Shown here piece by piece: positions 23,745 to 35,838 of a stretch of DNA of 50,232 nt (positions are counted from its first letter, which is position 1; each line of letters starts with the position of its first letter). The notes under the pieces are model-generated. The model ran no database searches. It was not told where the DNA came from and saw nothing but the letters and a program-made list of their open reading frames with translations. The translations under genes were made by a program, and so were the position numbers. Location of the stretch: NCBI GenBank assembly GCA_003427395.1, contig BFEA01000004.1:5654297-5704528 (forward strand). Direction: 5' to 3'. Source of the DNA: Chara braunii (taxonomy: Eukaryota > Plantae > Charophyceae).

Positions 23745-26248
23745 CATAACATCTCTTAGAATGAAACATATGAATGTACAATTTATTGGACAAAAAAACT
23801 TACAGATCTCATGGAATGGTAAATAGAAAATATTAGCATGCTCCCGTTGATGATAGAGGTTGGGGGATTGGATGGTGGTCGTAAACCTGCCGAGGACGGA
23901 AACTAAAGTTACTATGGGAGATGTTAATAAAATGCCTAAACATCAAATTAATGATAGAGGTATGGGGAGTGGATCTAATGATGATAAGGATACGATCTCT
24001 TTACAAAACTAGGAAAAACTAAGGTTCACCTATGAGGCTTGCAGTGGCATGCTTACCCCTTAGCGCCAAGACTGCCAGGTATGACGTGGCTCTATCGATA
24101 GTGCTTCAATCAGGGTTGGGGAGGGAGGTGAGAACCTGATTAGCCTTGATGCCTATAGCTACGGCCCAGTAAAAAAAACACTACAATGAGTGGTGATCTT
24201 GGGTATACTCAGGTGGGAACTTCGGATTAGGAATGTGCAAGGTATCCTGATGATGAGTAAGGGTGAGACGGTGTCTCATAGGGGACCGGTTAGGCAATAC
24301 ATCAGGATGATCAAATAATCAGGTGTCGGCAGACCTATCATATGTCTAATAACCATCCTCTACAACAATTTCGACTTTATAAAAAAAAAGAAAAAAACGA
24401 TAAGTTTCACCACCGCACAAAAACGATAAGCATGGCCCTTGCACAAGGATAACAAGGCAGGCGTGGAAGAAGAAATGGTCTGCTATAAGGAGAAGAAAAA
24501 AGTAAAATTCTTTCTTCCACCAATCATTGGACGCTGAAAGAGATGAGCCCGTCTAGGCACGCGATTCGAAGACAAGGGAGAGAGAAGCAAACTTATGATT
24601 CATATCAAGATATTCAAAGGCATACTCGGGTTTACTATCCCAGAGAATAGTAAATTTTTGTATGGGACAAGAGGCAACTTGAAAAAAGTGTTAACTGGCT
24701 CGAACAAGATTTGCAGATCTCTTAAGGACATTATTCTAGCAAGTTTGACAAACACTCTACAAACCCGTCAATAATGAATGATGATTCGGCATGTCTTTAA
24801 GACAACTCGCACTCACAAAGTGCCCATTAAAAAAAAAAAAATTAAAAATGTAATGGTTCTGACTCCATAATAGTCCACCAGTCTGATTTCTATTCCATCG
24901 GCAAGCCAAAAGAGTTACAACTTGTACTCATTCTACGCTCCTCCCTATTATGGTTCGGGGGCCCGAGTGGACGACATTGATTACTTCCCTTAGGAGTGAT
25001 ATGTCACCCCCACCCCCGCCTAATCGGCCCTGGATGACTAATCCTTGAACTTCACCTACTCCGGGGTCTTTGCTTCTACGTGGACTCATATTCGGACTTC
25101 CAAACACTCACGTACGTGCTCCTTTTGGCTACTAGGTCGTCAGATGTGCTTGGATAATTAGAGCAGTACAGTGCTTTCTGTTTCTTCACTAATTGTTGGT
25201 ATACCTTGCTACTACCCAGAGCCCTGGCTTGACTGTGGACTGTTACCCTTCTTGGTACAATCTGCTTAAACCCTAAGCCCTAGGAGGTCAACTCCCTTAC
25301 CCCCGAACTAAGAGTTTGGTTTTTTTTTTTACTAAAGTTGGGGCATATTTCCTATCTGTTTGTATCTCTTACCTTGCTACGACAAATAGGGGGCGCTGTA
25401 GTTGCTCCCGTACTTCCTCCTTTTGTTTCTTGGATGGGTATAAGGATTACATAACTAAAGTCTATACATATACTGGTAAGGTGGGCCCTACTCCTAAGGA
25501 GCCCGTAAATTTGAGGCTGGATAAGTCTATTGTGTCTCCATTTATCAAAATAGACTCCGTCATGGACTGTTGTTGTTATTTTCTCAACCTTTTCCGGCAC
25601 CCTCTATATTCTACCACTATTTGTTGAAGAACTGTTTCTCATGCCTTATGAATAGACATTATGGTCTGGTCAATTGTCTCTCGACACCCATGCTTCGATA
25701 CACAACATCACCAGTCTCAATGTGTGAAAGAATGTAGTCTCAAAGTCTTGCCAGGAGGGGGACGTGCGTAGGCCTAGCAGAAGCTGGGAGAGATTTGCCC
25801 ATGATTCAGTGTCGTAGCTCAGTTGAATTAATTAAAAGTTGTTTTACCTTTTGGCAAGACAATAGGCAGCAATTCACATCCTTCACCCAACCCTCTTAGC
25901 AGATTGCACACAACTCTCACAAGGAGAATATGATTGTGCACTGTATATCTTATTCAACCTTTTGTCAACTGGTAGGGCTAAGTGAGCCAGTAATCATTAA
26001 GGTTATGACATGAATTCTTCTCCAGGCCGTGATGCTGGTGCGATTGGGTGTCTGGTTGAGTTGAGATTCTCATCTCTGGTTAATAATTTGATCTATAGGG
26101 TGTCATATTGTTATCAATGTGTATCCTAGCTTGGTGTTGTATTCAAGAATGTTAGTACGTTTCTCTATTTTGAGCCTTCATGTTCGCAGCTTCCTTGTCC
26201 ATTTTGTTGGATCTTGTTCTAGGTTTGCTACGTTAGTTAGTGGGTTGT
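23745..26248. repeat. Segmental duplicate, copy 2 (uninterrupted)
   Basis: Collinear with 14520-15816 + 17828-18997; holds the empty LINE target site at 25019-25031. Confidence 0.9.
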
Positions 26249-29200
26249 AGATTCGTCGTTCTTCTGTTTTTACTAGTCTTACTCTGCTCAGCCGTATGTT
26301 ATAGGAAGGCCACTTTGCCCAAAGAACTTATATTTAGGAAACTTGCAGTTGCCCTTGGCTCCTCAACCGAGTAGTTATTTCAAGACTATTTTCTTATGGG
26401 AAATAAGCAAGTCGTAGTAGGGGGTTCATTCGTCGGCCTTGTTGCCCAATCACCTAGTTTCCGTTTGAAAGAGCGTGTTAGTAATTTTAGCTAGTTCTTA
26501 GGAACTGGAATGAATACATTGTTTAAATCCTCTTGTAGGTTGTAGCAACCCTTCATGTTTTTCCTCAACCCTTCCATTGTCTTCCACCTCCTTTCCGTGT
26601 CTTGCCATAGATACATAATCTGCAATACCCCTTTTTCTACCCATGTGCCCCATTTTGAGTGCTTCGCCATTAATGTCCATTATTTTATTTGCGTGTCTTG
26701 AAGTTATTGGTTACGGAACACGGATTGTTTGAGTATTTCTTATCTCATAACTTAATGCAAAAAACCATCATTCGGCTCTCACTTCTGCTTTGTTTCTTTG
26801 GCAGTGTCTTTCATTGTCCTGCTCTGTTTCTTTGGCAACACCTTTCACTGCCCATGATTCAGTCATGATCCAAAACAATCCTCACATATTGTGAGGGGTT
26901 TTGTACTTGGTCATCTATTGTATTCTTCGTAGACTTAATTCAACCCATGGTATATTATTGTTTGTTAATAATTTAAGGATTTATTTGGTTTGTAGTGCTC
27001 CGAGATTTCTTTAAAATTACATATTTTCATGCAACCTTGAAACTTAAACAAACTTCGAAAAAAGGTATTCTGACGAGATGTAGGCCGGTGGGTTTTTCTT
27101 GAGTAGGGTTCTCGATTGTTTGGGAGGACTCTATATCGTCAGTGCATACCACAACATTAAAAAAATTGATGCATTCAAGATAAGAGCTCTTTTGAATGTG
27201 AACGTGCAAACACTAGATCAATTGACAAGTTCAACTATCATCTTGTTCATCATTGCAATTGTCATTCTGTGGTTTGGACCTAGCGTAAATATCTGGATGC
27301 CTAAAAATATGAGTGGTTCATTCCCGCGAGACTAACATATTCCTTCTAGGGTGTTTTGAGGTGTGTCAATTGGTGCATTTGTGAGCCACCAGCCAATTAT
27401 ATCCATCCATCACTTTTTATGTTATTCGGACAACTTGCATTGGTCATGTGAATGTTTCGAACGAAGAGTCTCAAGCTCCCATTAGGACCGTCAATAAATA
27501 TGAGAAGATAACAGCGGTGGGTAGACCAATAAGAGGGTGTCTGTTTACTACTAGCCTTTGAATGTAGAGGTCATTTGTTAGGAAAAAGGCCATGACCTCC
27601 ATAATGAAGAGGAAGATGGGAGTCACCAGTGAGTCACTTTGTCTTACTGAGTGTGACATGCAATAAGGTTATCAAAGGTGGGCGTTGACTTGTTCCAACC
27701 ACCCCCATTTTTTCATACTCTGTTAAATAAAATTTCAATTGACATGGTCGTATGCCCTATCAAAGTCAAAGAACAAGATGGTTGCGTTCATTCTTTTGTC
27801 CTCAATACATTTGATTGATTTAAAGAAAGTTGCTATATTGTCTAGGATGAATATGTATGGTAGAAAACTTGTTTAGTTGAGATGAAAACAATTTCTTGTT
27901 ATTGTTTGTCTTTTGTTGGCTGAGAGTTTGACTATAATTTCATATGTAAGTGTTAGTAGAAAAAATGGCCTATAATTTCTAATTTTCTTTGGGTTACCTT
28001 TCTTGTATAGGAGGGATATGTCACACTCATGCTCTGCGTACTTCCCACAATGCCCCTCTCCCAACATTTTTTGAGAAATTGAAAATATTAATTACCGAGT
28101 ACTATCAAGAAGGCCACTCAATCGAAAAACTGCAAAGCCTCGTGTTTTGTTTGGTTTCGTGGACTGCAAAGCCTCAAAACCTTACTGCTAAATGATCGTA
28201 ACATCTAGTGTTGTAGCTTGCTCTGCCGAGATTATCGTATCGAAGTACGTCAGGAATTTGACTTTAGTCTATGACTTTGGTCTATGACGTTTCCTGTTGT
28301 GGGTAGCCCTGCTCATTAGACGTGTACATGTTTATGAAGAATGTTGCTGCTACTGCCAGCATCTAATGTGCATTTATAGTTGGCACCTGGGCTGTTTGCA
28401 ACTTGTCTATATTTGCAAATCTGACATTTGTTCTGTTCTGTTGAAAAAAATACCCGATAATTTATCTCCTTCTTCCCATTTTTTCACCTTATCCCTCATC
28501 CTAAGACCTTTGTTTTTTCTTTCCTTCCATTCTAACATTTTCTGTCTACCTTGTCCAAAAGTTATTCCTTAGAGGCTGCATCCTAGGTTGTTCATGAAAT
28601 ATTTTTTTATCAGGTTTACCACTTGTTGGAGTTCTTCCTCTCTTGCTTTGTCTAAAAACGTTTTTTTTTAATGGAAGCTCTTCAGATGGACTCTGATAAG
28701 GTTGTGATAATGTTAAGGAAATCTAGGTTAATGTAATTGTGGTTGATGCATGCTGAAAGAGCTACTTCCTTTATTTATAGTTTACCAATTCGTGTAAAGT
28801 TGTTGAGTTTGAAGAAGCTACGACCTCTGTTTGGGTGGTTTCTAGTTTTAGTTGTAGGATGATTGGTTTGTGATAAGACCCTTAGTAGTAGGGAATTTTT
28901 ATATTTTTGCACTGTAGATAACTCCTATGAGTGTTCTCGGTAGTAGGAATGAATTCATTTGAGATATTGAGATATGTTGACTTCAATTTCTTTTTATGTA
29001 TGTGAATTTTTGTTGTCAAGGTATAAGATTCTAAATAGGTAAATCATAAATGAAGTCATTTTCGGTCATCAGATCATGAATGGGAAGAGTTTCGTTTCGG
29101 GTTGCTTTTTCTGATCCCCGTGTTCCTCCCGGAAAACGGTCTTTCGTTAAGTCAAGTGTGGTGTTTCTGTTACCTACTGAGAAACGTTGCAGGCTAAAGT

Positions 29201-30330
29201 CACACCTCAGGAGCACATTCTCGATTAGCCTTGTTCTTTGGATCAACGTATTTGGGCAGTACACTTAGAGGAACCTTAACTTCTCCTCGCAGATTTGAAA
29301 AATCTAGACCAGCTCATTTATCTTCCTCTGTATCCGTGCTTGAAGCGACCTTGGTAATCGAGTTCGCTGATCTGGATTAAGCATGGATTAAGATGGTTAC
29401 ACCTAAGGAGTTCGACCGGAAAGTAGATGCCCAAATTGCTTTCTTTACCCATTTTAGTTTCATCATTACTTTTTTCAAGTTTTTTGTATAAAGTTTTTTT
29501 TTTTATGTTTCTTAGAGTCAGTTAGATGGTTTTTTTCGATGCAAAGGAGGTCCTGATGAGACATGTCGAAACCAATCTGTTTCATTAATTAGATTGTCCC
29601 GCTACTTTCAGTTGTTGAGCACTAAGAACATTCCATTGACGTTCCAAAACATAATTTTGAGTTTTTTTTTTTTTTTTTTGTTACATAAACACTCTAGTTT
29701 GCGGAGTGTGAATCTTATTTTGAATAGGGGATCTTGCCCATTTCCATTTCGATCCCCCATTCGGATTATATCCTGGTGAGTCTTTTGCATATTGGTCATT
29801 TATGAAATAATATCTGTTATCTCTCTCCTAGTTGGAATCGATCGCAACGACTTCAGTCTAAGGAGCTTGCGGGACAACATGAACACCTTATAGCCCTCTC
29901 AATAGGTCATAGGGTATGGATTCAACAGCCTCCTATAACACCCAGCACAACTTCGCTTTGAGCATGCATAACTAATTCCTCATGTTGTAGAAGAAATCGT
30001 ACCAGATTCACTACATGCAACACATCCTCCTCATTCTTCCCATCATTAGGATCTGTCGCGTTGTTGGCACCTCATCTGAGATAAGGTTTTTCAATGTGCT
30101 TTGCGTGCAAATCTTGGGCTTCAACAGAAATCAGCGAGTACGACTTATGGGAAGCAATGTCGTAGTTGTTGTTCCAACAATAGGCTATTACGGTTCACCA
30201 TCTAGGGCTACTGCGTGCATCCAACCTGGCTACGGCCTCTGCTTCCTTGTGAACGTCATCGACCTCATCTTTGAGAATTAAGCAATCCTCATCCAACTCC
30301 CTGTTTTGATCCCTTAGGGTGTTTATGGCC
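25030..30330 (-). mobile_element. Old degraded L1-type LINE (APE endonuclease + reverse transcriptase; possible ORF1 remnant)
   Basis: Minus-strand motifs in order. Endonuclease: LKIMFWNVNG (~29640), QDLLCIE (DxLCxQE), CDF (GDFN), SYHKPI (SDH). RT: LLYKKGNPKKIRNYRP (27873-28067), FFDFDRAYDH (~27760), VRQSDSL..IFLFIME (27471-27659), TDD (~27140). Numerous stops. Confidence 0.88.
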
Positions 30331-30387
30331 GTAGTGAATCTTCAAACTCCAGTTATTTATGTGAGGGCACTTTCACCGTTTGGCAAC

Positions 30388-30441
30388 TGTCAAATTGTTG
30401 TTAGCACAGTTTATCTCACATATTTGTTATCGATGCACAAA

Positions 30442-30493
<52 letters not shown>

Positions 30494-30898
30494 TATTGCG
30501 ACTTTCCTTTTTCATTCACCTTTTGAACGGTTTTGGATAGAAAGACTTCTTTGTGGTTTAAAAGTTTTTGATCGCTTGTATTTGGCGGTCATCTAAAATG
30601 ACATACCTGATGGATGCTCCCCATGTCAGGTTTGTCATTTTGGATGACCATGATTCAGTTGGTATAGCGGACTTCAAGTTACTTTCAAATTTTGTTTTGT
30701 GACTTGTGGTATTGCTGGGCTGTAGTTTGGCTCATTACAAAAGGTACAGAAAAAAAAAAATAAAGAAAAAAACAGCTCCAATCTATTCGTGGGAAGCAAC
30801 ACGTGCTGGGAACCGGTGTCGAGCGCAAGGCTCCCGCACTCAGCTGCCAAGTTGTTGTTAGCACAATTCGTCTCGCATATTTGCTTTCGATGCACAAA

Positions 30899-30937
<39 letters not shown>

Positions 30938-31265
30938 GAGAGAGGGCTAGCTTATCGCGACTTTCCTTTTTCATTCACCTCTTAAACGGTTTTGGATAGA
31001 AGGACTTTTTTGTGGTCTAAAAGGTTTTTGCTCGCTTGTATTTGGCAGTCATCTAAAATGACAGACCTGATGGATGGTCCCAAAGTTAGGTTTGTCATTT
31101 TGAATGACCATGGATTAGTTGGTTCAGCGGACTTCAAGTTTTGCTGGACTGTAGTTTCCCTCATTACAAAAGGTACAAATGAAAAAACAAAAAACAAAAA
31201 AAACACCTCCAATCTATTAGTGGGGAGCAGCACGTGTTGGGAACTGGTGTCAAGCCCAAGGCTCA
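30388..31265. repeat. Tandem duplication of a ~450-bp unit containing (GA)n
   Basis: 30388-30844 and 30845-31265 are collinear; each ends in the dispersed GTGGG(G/A)AGCA.CACGTG.TGGGAAC motif. Confidence 0.88.
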
Positions 31266-31283
31266 AGCACTTTGAGAAAAAGG

Positions 31284-31399
31284 CGTCCCTTCGCCGCTCT
31301 AGCCGGGTGCGCCAGCCGTACTTCCCGCGGGAACCTATCCCGTCGTAGGGCAACGAGGGAAGTCCGGCTGGCGCACCCGGCTAGAGCGACGAAGGGACG
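31284..31399. repeat. GC-rich foldback (43-bp arms), possible small MITE
   Basis: CGTCCCTTCGCCGCTCTAGCCGGGTGCGCCAGCCGTACTTCCC and its reverse complement with 2 mismatches; ~30-nt spacer. Confidence 0.9.
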
Positions 31400-32283
31400 A
31401 CACGACACCGTTCGTCTTGGCAGTTCGTAAAAATGTTGTGTGTTGTCCCCAAATTGTCTCTTGTTTTATTTTGTTTAACTCCTGCGTGACATGATCGGGA
31501 GGGCTCTCACCTTTGCGAAAAAGGCGGGCGCCGATGCACTCGACACTGGGCACAGTGTCCCATTGGAAGCGTGATCAGAAACAAAAAGATCAAAAGACTG
31601 GACCTATTGTACCATCCTGCCAGCACTGTTACAAATCGTACTTAGACATTGGTGCGTTTAAATTAGGGTGGGCATTGTGCTTTAGTGAGCATTTAGGATA
31701 TCGTGGTTTTTTATGGTGTGGCCTTCGCGCTTGGTTAAGGGGATTCGATTCGTTTCCTCTTTACAGTTTAGTAGTTTATGCATAATTGTTGGACCGATGT
31801 GTTTGTTGGGGTGGGCTGTGGTGTGGACTTTGCGCTTGGTTAAGGGGATTGGATTTCCCCCGCCTTTTTAGGTTACACACTTTCTGCTGGACAAATGTGT
31901 TGGTTGTGGTCCGCTGTGGCTAGAGACGGACTTGTCCAGGAGCAGCTCGTTTTGCCCATACGGCCATGGCATATGATGTAAGGGACGATGGGCCCGATTA
32001 CCAGCTATATGAACATACAAAGGGAAGCTGGGTAATGCTCCCTGCTAATGAAAAAGAAGGGGTACGCACGACGCAGCCACGTTTTCAGTTCCACTTCAGG
32101 CATCCCTCGAATGCAACACATCCCCATCCAACCCTAAAGCTGGGTTGGATACATTCACGATTTTCCTCACTTTGAAGCAAAATTTGCAAAACCATGACTA
32201 GAACCCATTTAAAGTTGAAAACCCCTCCCAAGAAAGAAAAAGACAATATCACTAACCACAACTGCGACATAGTACGCTGCTAG

Positions 32284-32700
32284 CATCCAGCGGCCTAGCT
32301 CAGTTGGTAAGGCATGCATGTAGCATTCAGGAGGTGTTGGGTTCAATCTCCATTCGCCTCATGTACCTTCCTGGGCAAGCTTGGTGCCCGCCACTCTAGA
32401 CAGATGTCCTTGGCGAGTGGCATTGAGCAGAGACTGCTGATGTTCATAGGGGAAGGGGACCGGAGGGGAGGCACAGTGACTGGTGCATCGAAGAAGCTTG
32501 GTCCTGATTCTACCCGCTGACCCCTGGCCAGTATCGCCCAGCTGCTGGTGGGTGCAGCTCCCGCATGTTCCCTCGTTGGAGGCTTGAGCATGGATGTGGT
32601 TGGTCCTGATGCTACCGGCTGGCCAGTATTATCCACCTGCTGGTGGGTGCAGCTCCCTCATGTTCCCTCGTTGGAGGCTTGAGCACGGATGTGGTTGCTA
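32284..32700 (+). mobile_element. tRNA-derived SINE, family 1, copy 1
   Basis: Pol III A-box TAGCTCAGTTGG (32296) and B-box GGTTCAATC (32340); ~230-bp body shared with 37638-37878(-); tandem ~95-100-bp 3' repeat. Confidence 0.85.
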
Positions 32701-33259
32701 CGGAGTTCCCCGTAATACTATAATGACAATTAAAAAAAGGCCTGAAAGGCCGTCCTGTCCAGATTCGACAGGTCATTGAATTCGTTGGGCGTACAAGATT
32801 TAGCACCGGGGCTGTTCATATCCCCCCTCCTTACAGCTAGACTGGGTTACAATAATAATAATAATAATAAAATTGCGCCACAGTGCATAATCTCATTACG
32901 AAACTAACAAAGATAGGTCTCATAGGAGAAACGTGTCCTTGTGACAAACTGACATGCATTGAAAACAATTGGGACGCTGGACCCGGTTTCCAGGAAGTGA
33001 TGCTTCCCACTAATATTATTAATATATGGAGCTGTCAACTGGAGCTCTTAAACCACCAGTGCCACGTCTAGCTATCAAGTCCGAGGCTCGGACTACGGGT
33101 AGCCCGATCATTCCCGAGCCTCGGCCTTTATTGCCTAGCCTCGGACAACCGGTAGCACATCACGGAAAAAGAAAACAAAGAAAAAAAGAAAGAAAAACAT
33201 ACAACATTCTGCAAAAAAAAAAGAAAAAAAAGAAAAGGAAATCAAATCACACATGCCCA

Positions 33260-33326
33260 ACGAGAATGAATCTTCCTCTTTAACGAGAATGAATCTTCCT
33301 CGATAAAGAGGAAGATTCATTCTCGT
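33260..33326. repeat. Direct-plus-inverted triplication of a 19-23-bp unit
   Basis: ACGAGAATGAATCTTCCTC at 33260 and 33283; reverse complement at 33308-33326. Confidence 0.92.
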
Positions 33327-33333
33327 GGCAGGT

Positions 33334-33386
<53 letters not shown>

Positions 33387-34230
33387 NNNNNNNNNNNNNN
33401 NNNNNNNNNNNNNNNNNNNNNNNNNNNNNNNNNNNNNNNNNNNNNNNNNNNNNNNNNNNNNNNNNNNNNNNNNNNNNNNNNNNNNNNNNNNNNNNNNNNN
33501 NNNNNNNNNNNNNNNNNNNNNNNNNNNNNNNNNNNNNNNNNNNNNNNNNNNNNNNNNNNNNNNNNNNNNNNNNNNNNNNNNNNNNNNNNNNNNNNNNNNN
33601 NNNNNNNNNNNNNNNNNNNNNNNNNNNNNNNNNNNNNNNNNNNNNNNNNNNNNNNNNNNNNNNNNNNNNNNNNNNNNNNNNNNNNNNNNNNNNNNNNNNN
33701 NNNNNNNNNNNNNNNNNNNNNNNNNNNNNNNNNNNNNNNNNNNNNNNNNNNNNNNNNNNNNNNNNNNNNNNNNNNNNNNNNNNNNNNNNNNNNNNNNNNN
33801 NNNNNNNNNNNNNNNNNNNNNNNNNNNNNNNNNNNNNNNNNNNNNNNNNNNNNNNNNNNNNNNNNNNNNNNNNNNNNNNNNNNNNNNNNNNNNNNNNNNN
33901 NNNNNNNNNNNNNNNNNNNNNNNNNNNNNNNNNNNNNNNNNNNNNNNNNNNNNNNNNNNNNNNNNNNNNNNNNNNNNNNNNNNNNNNNNNNNNNNNNNNN
34001 NNNNNNNNNNNNNNNNNNNNNNNNNNNNNNNNNNNNNNNNNNNNNNNNNNNNNNNNNNNNNNNNNNNNNNNNNNNNNNNNNNNNNNNNNNNNNNNNNNNN
34101 NNNNNNNNNNNNNNNNNNNNNNNNNNNNNNNNNNNNNNNNNNNNNNNNNNNNNNNNNNNNNNNNNNNNNNNNNNNNNNNNNNNNNNNNNNNNNNNNNNNN
34201 NNNNNNNNNNNNNNNNNNNNNNNNNNNNNN
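33387..34230. other. Assembly gap
   Basis: Run of N following a (CA)n tract. Confidence 1.
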
Positions 34231-34469
34231 ACATTTTTTTTTCTTTCTGCTTGTTTTTTTGGGAATACCGGTCGTTCGACGGTGGGTACCCCACCCGACG
34301 CAGCGCGTTAACGGCCGCGTCGGCTTTTTCAAGCTGGACTATAATAAAAAAACGAACGAAAACCAGCACTGAAATGACAGCCTCAGATGCAGTCCATGTC
34401 GCTGAATGGTTCCATTCACATTTAAGTGTTGGTAAAGAGAACAGGAGTTTGAATCCCCATGGAATCAGA

Positions 34470-34652
34470 TAAACCCACCGGTACTTGCCCCTGCTATTTG
34501 TCTTTTGTTCCAGAGCGCTAACGGACTACACTTTTCAGGGCCAGAGCAAAATGGCTGGGGGCGCCAGCCAAAAGAAAGTTGCACCAGCTTGTTTTTTATT
34601 CTGGCACGCTGCGAATCGGAGAAAAGTGCCGCGGTAAGTACTGGCGGCTTAA
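34470..34652. mobile_element. TTAA-adjacent MITE-like element, degenerate copy
   Basis: Ends TAAACCCACCGGTACTT / AAGTACTGGCGGCTTAA; internal AATGGCTGG..GCGCCAGCCAAAAGA shared with 34867-35067. Confidence 0.6.
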
Positions 34653-34866
34653 CACAATAAAGTAAAAGGGGTCTCTCTTTTCCGAAAGCAAAGAGAACTG
34701 AAATGACAGCCCCGACCCCGACTGCCCTCCGTGCGCAGGCCTTCAACTGCAGGACCCCTCTACCTTTTGTAGGCTCTGACGATCCAGATGTTTTTCTTCT
34801 CAGAAACTAATGAAACCACTGAAATGACTCCAACAAGACCTCATCTCCCTTCAAGTATCTGATTAA

Positions 34867-35067
34867 ACCACCAGTACTTGGCCCATACATCGGCCGCGGG
34901 CGTTTCCCGTTAACGCGCCGCAACTGATGGGCTTCGGCCTACCGGACCACAATGGCTGGAGGCGCCAGCCAAAAGAGAATCGAAACGACGCAGCGGCGAC
35001 TCGGCAAAATTTGGCGTGCAGGGCGATTCCCGGCTTGGCATCAATAGCTGGGCCAAGTACTGGCGGT
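34867..35067. mobile_element. ~200-bp MITE with 18-bp TIR, preceded by TTAA
   Basis: ACCACCAGTACTTGGCCC / GGGCCAAGTACTGGCGGT (1 mismatch); related ends at 36829-36853. Confidence 0.7.
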
Positions 35068-35575
35068 AAAAAAAAAAAAAACTCATTACCCTGCCTCTGC
35101 TGGCACCAGACCTGTCCTACTCCGTCCGCCTCCATCAGAAAAGAAAGGTCACAAAAACAAGGATCCTCACCTCTGTGCTTATAGTTACTATTACTTATTA
35201 AAGGACAATCAAAAGTTCAAAACTGAATTAGTTAATTGAGACTGTTTCTGATTTCAGTAAGTATTGTAACTTAATTGCGACCATTACTTCCTAGATTCAA
35301 ATTTCAACACCTTTTTTATTTTGTTGTGGAGTGTGAGCGTGACCGCAGACTCTCATCTGTCATCATAACATATATGGTCTGTACTTTTTCAAGCTCCAAA
35401 AAAACACAGGACCATGGACAGCATGCTTTATTTATCATTGATGGCCTGTATGCTCTCGTGCACCAGGTCCTCAGTCGCCAACAGATCGCAAATTTTTGAA
35501 AGGGCCACACTGACGTAGAATTATGCCAACCATGTTTTTCATCTTGGTCAGGACCCCTTCCTCTTTTGCCATTTC

Positions 35576-35631
<56 letters not shown>

Positions 35632-35659
35632 GTTATCATGTTCGCTGAACACAACTCCA

Positions 35660-35838
35660 CAAAATAAGAGCATGACTGTGGCAGACTTTTGTCAGACTTT
35701 CACGGACTCATCAGGAGGTTGAACCCCTATAGACGGTCTGGCCAGGATGCATTTGACTGATGGAAAAAGACTCACCACATCGCCCACGCAGGGTGAAACT
35801 CCGACGAAACAGTCTGGCACAGTCATGCTCTTATTTTG
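35660..35838. ncRNA. Inverted pair of hammerhead-core units (H3 on -, partial H4 on +)
   Basis: Perfect 21-bp IR (35660-35680 / 35818-35838). The minus strand reads GCCAGACCGTC-TATAGGGGTTCAACCTC-CTGATGA-GTCCGTGAAAGTCTGAC-AAAA-GTCTGCC; the plus strand from 35792 reads GGTGAAACTCCGACGAAACAGTCTGGC. Confidence 0.6.

Noticed and set aside
29553-29572. Minimal hammerhead CTGATGA-GACATGTC-GAAAC
   Set aside because: It is the antisense of the LINE endonuclease coding motif (SHQDLLCIE), has no proper stem I, and is unrelated to the H1-H4 family; likely chance.
32290-32360. tRNA genes (also 37805-37872, 38034-38112, 43310-43374)
   Set aside because: A/B boxes are present but acceptor and anticodon stems do not form, and the heads continue into shared non-tRNA bodies, as in SINEs.
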